Source: Eledone cirrhosa
Lineage: Eukaryota
Assembly: GCA_964016885.1 (NCBI GenBank)
Contig: OZ024742.1
Span: 362,452,001-362,516,000 of the forward strand
DNA: 64,000 nt
Direction: 5' to 3'
The position numbers were made by a program, and so were the translations under genes. The notes under the pieces are model-generated. The model was not told where the DNA came from. It saw only the letters and a program-made list of their open reading frames with translations, and ran no database searches. This document shows, in pieces, positions 30,751-42,746 of the stretch (position 1 is its first letter; each line of letters begins with the position of its first letter).

Positions 30751-33700
30751 TGTGTGTGTCACAGATTGTGTGTATGTGGCACAGCTTGTGTGTGTGTCAC
30801 AGCTTATATGTGTGTGGCACAGCTTGTGTGTGTGTGTCACAGCTTGTGTGTGTGTGGCACAGTTTGTGTGTGTGACGCACAGCTTGTGTGTGTGTGTGGC
30901 ACAGCTTGTGTGTGTGTCACAGCTTGTGTGTGTGACACAGCTTGTGTGTGTGTGGAACAGCTTTGTGTGTGTGTGGCACAGCTTGTGTGTGTGTCACAGC
31001 TTGTGTGTATGTGGCACAGCTTCTGTGTGTGTGGCACAGCTTGTGTGTGTGTGGGACAGCTACTGTATGTGTGTCAAAGCTTGTGTGTGTGTGTGGCACA
31101 GATTGTGTGTATGTGTCACAGCTTGTGTGTATGTGGCACAGCTTGTGTGTGTGTCACAGATTGTGTGTGTGGCACAGCTTGTGTGTGTGTGTCACAGCTT
31201 GTGTGTGTGTGGCACAGCTTGTGTGTGTGTGGCACAGCTTCTGTGTGTGTGGCACAGCTTGTGTGTGTGTGGGACAGCTACTGTATGTGTGTCAAAGCTT
31301 GTGTGTGTGTGTGGCACAGATTGTGTGTATGTGTCACAGCTTGTGTGTATGTGGCACAGCTTGTGTGTGTGTCACAGATTGTGTGTGTGGCACAGCTTGT
31401 GTGTGTGTGTCACAGCTTGTGTGTGTGTGGCACAGCTTGTGTGTGTGTGGCACAGTTTGTGTGTGTGACGCACAGCTTGTGTGTGTGTGGCACGGCTTGT
31501 GTGTGTGTCACAGCTTGTGTGTGTGACACAGCTTGTGTGTGTGTGGAACAGCTTTGTGTGTGTGTGGAACAGCTTGTGTGTGTGACACAGCTTGTGTGTG
31601 TGTGGCACAGCTTATGTGTGTGTGGCACAGCCTATGTGTGTGCGTCACAGCTTGTGTGGTTGTGGCACAGCTTGTGTGGGCGGCACAGATTGTGTGTGTG
31701 CGTCACAGGTTGTGTGTGTGACACAGCTTGTGTGTGTGTGGCACAACTTGTGTGTGTTGAACAGCTTGTGTGTGGGTGGAACAGCTTGTGTGTGTGCTTC
31801 ACAGCTTGTGTGTGTGTCACAGCTTGTGTGTGTGTGGCACAGCTTGTGTGTGTGTCAAAGCTTGTGTGTGGCACAGATTGTGTGTGTGGAACAGCTTGTG
31901 TGTGGGTGGAACAGCTTGTGTGTGTGTGTGTGTGTGACACAGCTTGTGTGTATGTGGCACAGCTTGTTTGTATGTGGCACAGCTTGTGTGTGTGTGGCAC
32001 AGCTTGTGTATGCGTGTCTGTGTGCTACAGCTTGTGTGTGTGTGGCACAGCTTGTGCGTGTGTCACAGATTGTGTGTGTGTGGCACAGCTTGTGTGTGTG
32101 GCATATGTTGTGTATGTGTCACAGCTTGTGTGTGTATCACAGCTTGTATGTGTGTGTCACAGCTTCAGTGTGTCACAGCTTGTGTGTGTGTGTCATAGCT
32201 TGTGTGTGTGTGTCACAGCTTGTGTATGTGTCACATCTTGTGTGTGTGTGTGGCACAGCTTGTGTATGTGGCACAGTTTGTGTGTGTGTGTCACAGTTTC
32301 AGTTTGTGTAGCACAGCTTGTGTGTATGTGTCACAGCTTGTGTGGCACTGCTTGTGTGTGTGTCACAGCTTGCGTGTGTTGGCACAGCTTGTGTGTGTGT
32401 GTCACAGCTTGTGTGTGTGGCACATCTTGTGTGTGTGGCACAGCTTGTGTGTGTGTGTCACAGCTTGTGTGTGGGGCACAGCTTGTGTGTGTGTGTTACA
32501 GTGTGTGGGTGTGTGGAACAGCTTGTGTGTTTGTCACAGCTTATGTGTGGCACAGCTTGTGTGTTTGTGGGACAGGTTGTGTGTGTGGCACAGCTTGTGT
32601 GTGTGTCACAGCTTGTGTGTGTATCACAGCTTGTATATGTGTGTCACAGCTGCAGTGTGCGTGGCACAGCTTCTACGTGTGTGTCACAGCTTGTGTGTGT
32701 GGCACAGCTTGCGTATGTGAGACAGCTTGTGTGTGTGTGGCACAGCTTATGTATGTGGCACACTTTGTGTGTGTGTGTGTGTCACAGCTTCAGTTTGTCT
32801 GACACAGCTTGTGTGTATGTGTAACAGCTTGTGTGTGTGTGTGTCACAGCTTGCGTGTGTTGGCACAGCGTGTGTGTGTGTCACAGCTTGTGTGTGTGGC
32901 ACATCTTGTGTGTGTGGCACAGCTTGTGTGTGGCACAGCTTGTGTGTGTGGCACAGCTTGTGTGTGTGTGTCACAGCTTGTGTGTGTGGCACAGCTTGTG
33001 TGTGTGTGTCACACCTTGTGTATGGCACAGCTTGTGTATCTGGCACAGTTTGTGTGTGTGTGTCACAGCTTGTGTGTGTGTGGCACAGCTTGTGGGTGTG
33101 TCACAGCTTCAGTTTGTGTTCACAGCCTGTGTGTATGTGTCACAGTTTGTGTGTGTGTGTGTGTGTCACAGCTTCAGTTTGTGTGGCACAGCTTGTATGT
33201 ATGTGTCCCAGCTTGTGTGGCACAGCTTGTGTGTGTATGTGTCAGAGCTTGTATGTGTGTGTCACAGCTTCAGTGTGTGTGGCACAGCTTGTTTGTGTGT
33301 GTCACAGCTTGTGTGTGTGTGGCACAGCTTGTGTATGTGTCACAGTTTGTGTGTGTGTGTGTCACAGCTTCAGTTTGTGTGGCACAGCTTGTATGTATGT
33401 GTCACAGCTTGTTTGTGTGTTTGTCACAGCTTGCGTGTGTTGGCACAGCTTGTGTGTGTGTTACAGCTTATGTGTGTGTCACAGCCTGTGTGTGTGGCAC
33501 AGCTTGTGTGTGTGGCACAGCTTGTGCGTGTGTGTCACAGCTTGTGTGTGGAACAGCTTGTGTGTGTGTCACAGCTTCAGTTTGTGTGGCACAGCTTGTG
33601 TGCATGTGGCACAGCTTGTGTGTGTTGGCACAGCTTGTGTGTGTGTGCACAGCTTGTGTGTGTGTGCCACAGCTTCAGTTTGTGTGTCACAGCTTGTGTG

Positions 33701-33845
33701 TATGTGTCACAGCTTGTGTGTGTGGCACAGCTTGTGTGTATGTGTGGCACAGCTTGTGTGTCACAGTTTGTGTGTGTGTGACACAGCTTGTGTGTGTGTC
33801 ACAGATTGTATGTGTCACACAGTGTGTATGTGTCACAGTTTGTGT
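30751..33845. repeat. Compound satellite: (GT)n spacers punctuated by a (G/T)CACAGCTT core, ~16-24-bp variable unit
   Basis: About 3.1 kb of GTGTGTGTGGCACAGCTT / GTGTGTGTCACAGCTT units. The Cys/Val-rich ORFs here are by-products. Confidence 0.97.
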
Positions 33846-34631
33846 ACCACAATAGATAAAAACAGTGAAAACAACGCGACAGCGACAAAAGTAAAGGGCA
33901 ATAACAGATTTAGGCGGTAACGGAAGACAATTTATGTCGTTTGAAAGTATGAGGCAATCATCACGATTTAGTCCAGATTTCAAGAGTGCGAAGTACCTTG
34001 TCCATGAACACAGACGTACACCTACATAATTACTGAACTAGTCATCCATTGCCACTCCCTCGGGCTTCTCATGCGCGTTAGAACTCCCCCAACATAGATA
34101 TTCCAATGGCGACGCTAGATTTTCACGGTCGGTCGCATAACGGACATTCATAATCTCATAGCTTTGCACAAACAAACACAGGTATACATGTAGACAAACA
34201 TACACACACACACACACAAACACCCCCAGCCACAGACACAAATATAATGAATGGCTACCGCACGAATCTTTATCAAGTGTTGAACTAATATATATTGTCA
34301 TTGTAGTGTACAGTTCCCCTGTCTTGTTTTTGTGTTTATTTTTCGCATTCTTAAATACACAGACTCACACACACACACACACACACACACGCACGCATAC
34401 ATACATATATGTATACACACATACACGCATACACACACACACATATATATATATATACATATGTATTAATATATGTATATATCGCGCCAACACACATACA
34501 TAAAACACACATGCACTCAGTCATACACATACACGCACACACACACACATATATGTATGTATATATTACATATACATATACATATACATTTATAATTATA
34601 TGTATATATATGAATATATATATATATATAA

Positions 34632-35874
34632 TGTTATACTTTGGGAGGGTCATGTTGCCAATAAGAAACACACGCACCACGTGCTTTCACTTCAATTTAT
34701 TATAATAAATTTATAATTAATTTATAAATTTATAAATTTCTGGTTGGTTGGTTCCACAACCAGATAGTTGTTTATATATTGTCATAGTTCTTTCGTCACA
34801 CACTCTGTGACCTCTTCAGTGACTGGGGATTCCTTTCTTTGTTTCTGTGACTCTCCTTTGTACTGTCCTACGCCATTTTGTTTCTGTGTGTGTGTTGTGT
34901 GCTCAGTCTGCGCATGCGCCACATCCGGGTGTCTGTGTGTGTTTATGTTCATTTATTTATTTGTTTATTTACATGTTACTGGTTGGTTGTTTGTTCTATG
35001 TGTGTGTGTGTGTTTTCATTTTGTCCTTATTTCTAAGTTGTGATGTTGCTGTTCCACTCATATTTTCTATTTAATTTTGGTTGTAATTCTTTTATGTTTA
35101 TTGCCTCTGTGATTTGTCTAAACATTGCGTCTTTTCTGTGTGTAGATTCTATTTTTATTTCTATGTTCTCTAATTTACCCTTGTGTTCTATTTTAGCATG
35201 TTGGTAGAGTACAGATGATTCTTTACTATCTTGAAGGTCTCGCCAGTGTTCATTTATCCGTTTCCCTACACTACGAGCTGTCTCACCTATGTACACTATA
35301 TTTTTGTCTCTACATTGTCCTTCAGTACATCTTATGCTATACACTACATTTCTAGTTTTATAGTTAATATGGGGGCTTATTTTACAGGTTATACATTTCT
35401 TATCTATACATGAGGGTCTTTGAAAAGGGTATGTCTTGCTAATAAGTGTTTTTACGGAGGTACCTGGTCTTTCTACTATCTTAATATTGAGTTTATGTTT
35501 ATCTAGGGCCCTTTTAAATTTGTAAGGTAATTCACCTCTAGGGGTTGTATCGATGAACATTACACTCTGAAATTTATTGCTATCATACCATGAGTTTATT
35601 CTATTAGCCTTGTTCCTAGTTCTTTCTATTCTATTCCAAAATTTGCTCCTATACAAGGGGCAGGTCCCATTTATGTCATTATTTACCATTTTTTCCCATT
35701 TGGTTCTGGCTCCTCTATACACTCTGATTCTATCTCTCTGATTGTAGCCAGAGAACTGCATACGGTGGATGAAGTGTTGTATATGTTTCTCTAGTTCTTC
35801 GGGGTTGCACATGTGGGACACGTTTCTCATCACGCGTACCAAATCCGCAATCAGTATGTTGATTTTGGTATGGT
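34632..35874 (-). mobile_element. Inverted 3' segment of the PLE (thumb + GIY-YIG + pseudo-LTR)
   Basis: Reverse complement of ~37005-38237. The C-terminal part of ORF 35033-36160(-) nearly equals ORFs 36961-37850(+). Confidence 0.95.
34781..34823 (-). ncRNA. Minimal hammerhead ribozyme motif in PLE pseudo-LTR
   Basis: Minus strand: GTCA-CTGAAGA-G-GTCACA(GAGTG)TGTGAC-GAAA-G(AA)C-TA-TGAC. Confidence 0.65.
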
Positions 35875-35923
35875 GCGACAGTAGACTTAAACTTAAACTT
35901 AAAGAACAATTAGAAGACCCCTT

Positions 35924-38237
35924 AACTTCCAGGACTGGAACAATGACGTGCCGGCGTTGTATGGGCTTCAAAAAGACCATAAAACGGGCAGTGACCCTGT
36001 CGCAGGACCACCAACACGGCCAGTCTGTGGAGCTAACATTGCTAGTAACTACAGACTGTCCTACTTCCTCTCCCTGATCATACGCCCCATCATTGAAATG
36101 TCCCCAGATGTATGTGACAGCACGGAGGACCTCCTCAGCAGAATCGGCGGGAGTAGCCAATATAGGGAGCTAACAAACTGCATAATAGGTAGTATGGATG
36201 TTGTCTCCCTGTATCCATCTATTGACGTGGATTTTGCTGTGGAGAAATGCGTAGAAATTATCAGTGAGAGCAATGTTGAGTTCTGTGGGATTGATACCAG
36301 TGAGCTGGGACTCCTACTTAAACTTACCAATAGTAATAATTACCTAGACACAAATGACCTTAGCAACCTGTGCCCTACAAGACAAGCAAGAGGCAGACCA
36401 CCTACCATTACCTCAATGGCTAAGAAAACCCACACAGATAGATGGAACGGGTGGACCAGAGCCATACGGACACCCGAAAACCACGATGAACTGAAGAAAA
36501 TGATTGCACATGCGGTAGGGGCCAGCATAAAACTAACCCTTAAGGAACATATGTTCAAATTAAATGGAAAAACATATGCCCAAGAGGAAGGAGCAGCCAT
36601 TGGTATTAGTATTGCAGGCGACATAGCTAACTTATTCATGGTATGGTGGGACAGTAGACTTAAACTTAAACTTAAAGAACAATTAGAAGACCCCTTAACC
36701 CTGATAATGTACTCCCGCTACGTTGATGATATAAACATCGTAGTTAAGACCCCCCCCCACTAGAGAACAGTCAGGAACTAGAGAAAAACACAATGGAAAG
36801 CATCCAGCAAATAGCTAACTCCACCCACCAGAGTATTAGAATTACTATAGACTACCCAAGTAAACACGCCAACCATCGATTACCTTTACTAGACACAGAG
36901 CTCTAGTTAGATACCATTAATAACAAAAAACAAATCCTCCATTCCCATTATGCCAAACCCATGACTTCCAAACGTCTGATCCACCGAAACTCGGCCGTTT
37001 CGGACCATACCAAAATCAACATACTGATTGCGGATTTGGTACGCGTGATGAGAAACGTGTCCCGCATGTGCAACCCCGAAGAACTAGAGAGACACATACA
37101 ACACTTCATCCACCGTATGCAGTTTTCTGGCTACAATCAGAGAGATAGAATCAGAGTGTATAGAAGAGCCAGAACCAAATGGGAAAAAATGATAAATAAT
37201 GACATAAATGGGACCTGCCCCTTGTATAGGAGCAAATTTTGGAATAGAATAGAAAGAACTAGGAACAAGGCTAATAGAATAAACTCATGGTATGATAGCA
37301 ATAAATACCAGAGTGTAATGTTCATCGATACAACCCCTAGAGGTGAATTACCTTACAAATTTAAAAGGGCCCTAGATAAACATAAACTCAATATTAAGAT
37401 AGTAGAAAGACCAGGTACCTCCGTAAAAACACTTATTAACAAGACATACCCTTTTCAAAGACCCTCATGTATAGATAAGAAATGTATAACCTGTAAAATA
37501 AGCCCCATATTAACTATAAAACTAGAAATGTAGTGTATAGCATAAGATGTACTGAAGGACAATGTAGAGACAAACATATAGTGTACATAGGTGAGACAGC
37601 TCGTAGTGTAGGGAAACAGATAAATGAACACTGGCGAGACCTTCAAGATAGTAAAGAATCATCTGTACTCTACCAACGGGCTAAAATAGAACACAAGGGT
37701 AAATTAGAGAACATAGAAATAAAAATAGAATCTACACACAGAAAAGACGCAATGTTTAGACAAATCACAGAGGCAATAAACATAAAAGAATTACAACCAA
37801 AATTAAATAGAAAATATGAGTGGAACAGCAACATCACAACTTACAATTAAGGACAAAATGAAAACACACACACACATAGAACAAACAACCAACCAGTAAC
37901 ATGTAAATAAACAAATAAATAAATGAACATAAACACACACAGACACCCGGATGTGGCGCATGCGCAGACTGAGCACACAACACACACACAGAAACAAAAT
38001 GGCGTAGGACAGAACAAAGGAGAGGCACAGAAACAAAGAAAGGAATCCGCAGTCACTGAAGAGGTCACAGAGTGTGTGACAAAAGAACTATGACAATATA
38101 TAAACAACTATCTGGTTGTGGAACCAACCAACCAACCAGAAATTTATAAATTTATAAATTTATTATAATAAATTGAAGTGAAAGCAACTGGTGCGTGTGT
38201 TTCTTATTGGCAACATGACCCTCCCAAAGTATAACAA
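35924..38237 (+). pseudogene. 5'-truncated PLE copy A (RT core to GIY-YIG plus pseudo-LTR), frameshifted
   Basis: ORFs 35948-36763, 36961-37533 and 37533-37850 are near-identical to the corresponding part of 39987-41835. Confidence 0.93.
38052..38094 (+). ncRNA. Hammerhead motif copy with GAAA>AAAA core mutation (likely inactive)
   Basis: GTCA-CTGAAGA-G-GTCACA(GAGTG)TGTGAC-AAAA-GAAC-TA-TGAC. Counterpart of 34781-34823. Confidence 0.6.
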
Positions 38238-41200
38238 TATCGGTTTCAACACACGATTTCAGATAAAGAATCTTGCTAAACAAATTCAGAAACGAAATAT
38301 CGTAAGCCTTAGCCAGGCTAACAAGATACTGAAAACCACCATGTTCTGTTGTCTCCGAAAAACCATAACATCTCGACAACTACACTTCATAAAAGAATGT
38401 GCCTCGTCCCGAGTTTACACCAACACCATCAACACCGACGTAAGAACATTACAACTCACCAAAAAAACAAGCAGCTAGGCTAAAACGAACACTAATTCTA
38501 AACATAAAAAAGAAGATCTATAGAGAATTAAGTCATCAAGAAAAACATAAGCGTAACCTAATACAAGAAATAGCTAGGATCACCACACCAAGAGAGAAAC
38601 TAATATTTATAAGCCTTATACGTCATGAAGAACAGTACATTACTCAAGAATGTGATAAGCCCTTTAACAAGAAACTAAAGTGGCTTAAGCAGATAAAGCT
38701 AAATCAGGATACTGTAGAGAATACCAATAGATATCCCAACAAAATTGACGGTATAAATATGGCCAACACCTCATTAACAGATGAGTTCAACAACAACAAC
38801 AACACAAATATATACGGCAACACAGTAATAGATGACGATGAGTTATCTGTATTACGTCTACCCCCGAAATTTGCGACATTCAAGAAGGTAAATATGATTA
38901 GTTGTCTGTCAGAAAAAGAAAAATCATTTACAAAACTACGCTGGAGCCTCAAAAACAAAAACAAAAACAAAAGCAACAATATACGCACACACATATACAA
39001 CACACATCCCAACAACAACAGACACACAGACACAAACAACAATAACAACAACACACACACCAACAACAACAATAATAACATACCCAGAAACAACAACAAC
39101 AGACACGCAGACACAAACAACAATAACAACACACACAACAATAATAACACACACGGAGACAACAACAACAAACATCAACAACAGCACACATCAACAACAA
39201 CAACACACACACATTCAATGCCTCTCACCCCCACCACAATCTTAACAAACACACAGACACAGAAAACAAGTAATGACTGTAGCACAGAATTCACAGAAAT
39301 AAGAGAAAGTAATAGGATTAAAAGGAGAAGGGAGACTAAGGACAAAGAAAATAACCAAGACGAACACACAGACACACAAAATAGGGTAGATAACAACAAT
39401 GAGCCAGTGGAAAGAGACAGGAGTAATTATGAGAGACATAGAAACAGCCATGAGGCTGTTGGTGGAAATAGAAATAGAAACAACACAACTAACAATAACA
39501 ATAGCACTAGTACACAAAGCAGCAGCCTGGAACTCTACTTTTTATAATCCCTCCGATAAATCCTTCGACCTGCGACGAGTCCACGCCACGACTTTACCAT
39601 TTAACAAACGCACGCAATTGCCGTCGCAGGTCGATGAACAAACAGAAGCACAATTTAGTATAGCTAGATCCGAACTTAGAAATATTATAGAACAGTATAG
39701 CAAGAAGCATAATAGAATGGAGGCCCATCAACTGGGAAAAAAACCTGCAAATGGCTTGCGTAAGCTCATGCAGCGCTCGCGTAATGGAGAGATAGCATGC
39801 TTTCCAACAGACAAGTCTGGCAGAATGTCGGTTGACAGCCTGCCAAACTACATCCAGGCAATGCAACCCCACATCACTAACACAAGAGAGGTAACACCAC
39901 AGGAGCATGAGGATAGAGAAAAAGCCCTCAATGCCCATATGGTGATGTGGACGAATATAATGCAGCCCAACAAAAGGACTGCCAACAACTTCCAGGCCTG
40001 GAACAATGACGTGCCGGCGTTGTATGGGCTTCGAAAAGACCATAAAACGGGCAGTGACCCTGTTGCAGGACCACCAACACGGCCAGTCTGTGGAGCTAAC
40101 ATTGCTAGTAACTACAGACTGTCCTACTTCCTCTCCCTGATCATACGCCCCATCATTGAAATGTCCCCAGATGTATGTGACAGCACGGAGGACCTCCTCA
40201 GCAGAATCGGCGGGAGTAGCCAATCTAGGGACCTAACAAACTGCATAATAGGTAGTATGGATGTTGTGTCCCTGTATCCATCTATTGACGTGGATTTTGC
40301 TGTGGAGAAATGCGTAGAAATGATCAGTGAGAGCAATGTTGAGTTCCGTGGGATTGATACCAGTGAGCTGGGACACCTACTTAAACTTACCTATAGTAAT
40401 AATTACCTAGACACATATGACCTTAGCAACCTGTGCCCTACAAGACCAGCAACAGGCAGACCACCTACCATTACCTCAATGGCCAAGAAAACCCACTCAG
40501 ATAGATGGAACGGGTGGACCAGAGCCATACGGACACCCGAAAACCACGATGAACCGAAGAAAATGATTGCACATGCGGTAGGGGCCAGCATAAAATTAAC
40601 CCTTAAGGAACATATGTTCAAATTAAATGGAAAAACATATGCCCAAGAGGAAGGAGCAGCCATTGGTATTAGTATTGCAGGCGACATAGCTAACTTATTC
40701 ATGGTATGGTGGGACAGTAGACTTAAACTTAAACTTAAAGAACAATTAGAAGACCCCTTAACCCTGATAATGTACTCCCGCTACGTTGATGATATAAACA
40801 TCGTAGTTAAGACCCCCCCCCACTAGAGAACAGTCAGGAACTAGAGAAAAACACAATGGAAAGCATCCAGCAAATCCACCAGAGCATTAGAGTTACTATA
40901 GACTACCCAAGTAAACACCCCAACCATCGATTACCTGTACTAGACACAGAGATCTAGTTAGATACCATTAATAACAAAAAACAAATCCTCCATTCCCATT
41001 ATGCCAAACCCATGACTTCCAAACATCTGATCCACCGAAACTCGGCCGTTTCGGACCATACCAAAATCAACATACTGATTGCGGATTTTGTACGCGTGAT
41101 GAGAAACGTGTCCCGCATGTGCAACCCCGAAGAACTAGAGAGACCCATACAACACTTCATCCACCGTATGCAGTTCTCTGGCTACAATCAGAGAGATAGA

Positions 41201-41835
41201 ATCAGAGTGTATAGAGGAGCCAGAACCAAATGGGAAAAAATGGTAAATAATGACATAATTGGGACCTGCCCCTTGTATAGGAGCTAATTTTGGAATAGAA
41301 TAGAAAGAACTAGGAACAAGGCTAATAGAATAAACTCATGGTATGATAGCAATAAATACCAGAGTGTAATGTTCATCGATACAACCCCTAGAGGTGAATT
41401 AGCTTACAAATTTAGAAGGGCCCTAGATAAACATAAACTAAATATTAAGATAGTAGAAAGACCAGGTACCTCCGTAAAAACACTTATTATCAAGACATAC
41501 CCTTTTCAAAGACCCTCATGTATAGATAAGAAATGTATAACCTGTAAAATAAGCCCCCATATTAACTGTAAAACTAGTAATGTAGTGTATAGCATAAGAT
41601 GTACTGAAGGACAATGTAGAGACAAAAATATAGTGTACATAGGTGAGACAGCTCGTAATGTAGGGGAACGGATAAATGAACACTGGCGAGACCTTCAAGA
41701 TAGTAAAGAATCATCTGTACTCTACCAACATGCTAAAATAGAACACAAGGGTAAATTAGAGAACATAGAAATAAAAATAGAATCTACACACAGAAAAGAC
41801 GCAATGTTTAGACAAATCACAGAGGCAATAAACAT
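38215..41835 (+). pseudogene. PLE copy B: near full-length RT/GIY-YIG ORF with stops/frameshifts, 3' end truncated
   Basis: ATG at 38215 (MTLPKYNNIGF...). Pieces 38759-39547 (LRLPPKFA), 39399-40826 (RT), 41012-41287 and 41369-41835 (EN). Homology stops at EAIN. Confidence 0.92.
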
Positions 41836-42084
41836 GGCAATAAACGGATGGTGGATCAATGGAAGGGTGAGGGATGGAGGGTGGAGGTTGAAGGGATGGA
41901 TGGGTGGTGGGTTGGATGGTGGAGGTGTAGAGGGTTGGGGAAATTCTAAATGAGACTGAGACGACTGTGAGTGTAAAATAAACAACGACAAACAACAATA
42001 ACAAGATGAATAAATGAAATGGAAGTGGCGTGTTGTTGAAATATTCACCGGATGAAGAAAGAAAAGACCCCGCCCCCACTTCCC

Positions 42085-42262
42085 TCTTCTCCTCCTCCTC
42101 CTCTCCATCCTCCTCCTCCTCCCCATCCTCCTCCGCATCATCATCATCATCAGTATCATAACCACCCTTATCACCATCATCCTCAACCTCATCATCATTA
42201 TCATCTCCATCATGATCATCATCACCATCATCATCACCATCATCATCATCATCATCATCATC
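42085..42262. repeat. (CCT)n then (CAT)n microsatellite
   Basis: Direct reading. Source of the poly-Pro/His and poly-Met ORFs. Confidence 0.95.
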
Positions 42263-42329
42263 AGAACTGCACTATAACTGCTTCACATTCGATATTGAGG
42301 CAAATATGTCTTCCGTCATTCATTTTCGC

Positions 42330-42530
42330 CTAATTATTCCCCAGAGGGTCGTGGGGGAAGAATCCCCAAACACTCCTTCTAGCGGGTCCTGTCAGAAGCG
42401 ACTGTCTCCAATAGATCCGACTGGATCCCCAAGCGAGATCAGCCAATGGATGTTATACAAGCATCTTGTTCGGGGTCTAACCCTGGGTCTCCTTCCGGTT
42501 GATTTTGCCCGTAAACCTGTCCAGTGTGTC
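42330..42530 (-). mobile_element. Decayed 3' end of an RTE-like LINE
   Basis: Minus strand translates LRAKSTGRRPRVRPRTRC, resembling the GxRxxGRPxxRW motif at RTE ORF ends. Confidence 0.45.
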
Positions 42531-42560
42531 TGTTCTGAAACAATCAAATCACCTGTCTGT

Positions 42561-42746
42561 AATAATTATTTCTACTTTTGGCACAAGGCCAGCAATTATC
42601 CCAGTGTATTACTGGTACTTTATTTTATCGACCCCGTAATGATGAAAGGCAAAGTTAACCTCGGCGGGATTTTAACTCAGTCCGTAAAGGGACGTAACTG
42701 TGATACAAAACATGGCGTCCGACCCTCTACCGATACTACCAATCCA
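42561..42746 (-). mobile_element. tRNA-derived SINE with Nin/Deu-like central domain, copy 1
   Basis: Minus strand: B-box-like GAGTTAAAATCC, then ctttgcctttcatcattacggggtcgataaaataaagtaccag. Shared with four other copies in the window. Confidence 0.85.

Larger units (their letters stand above)
34632..41835 (+). mobile_element. Composite Penelope-like retroelement (RT + C-terminal GIY-YIG; possibly Naiad-like clade): inverted 3' copy + 5'-truncated copy + near full-length copy
   Basis: RT motifs PTDKSGR, GPPTRPV, GSMDVVSLYPSID, QEEGAAIG, RYVDD. EN motifs CxxC...NVVYSIRC...YIGETARS...EH...RQITEAI...LNRKYEW. Tandem/inverted architecture is typical of PLEs. Confidence 0.95.

Noticed and set aside
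30752-33920. Cys-rich metallothionein/keratin-like ORFs
   Set aside because: All frames are open because of the GT-based satellite, and the variable unit length does not preserve frame.
35033-36160. 375-aa minus-strand ORF as a novel fusion protein
   Set aside because: Chimera of antisense RT sequence read across the inversion junction into the inverted thumb/GIY-YIG segment.
34632-41835. Selenocysteine (UGA) recoding as described for some Naiad PLEs
   Set aside because: The shared in-frame stops are TAG, and the EN cysteines are ordinary Cys codons.
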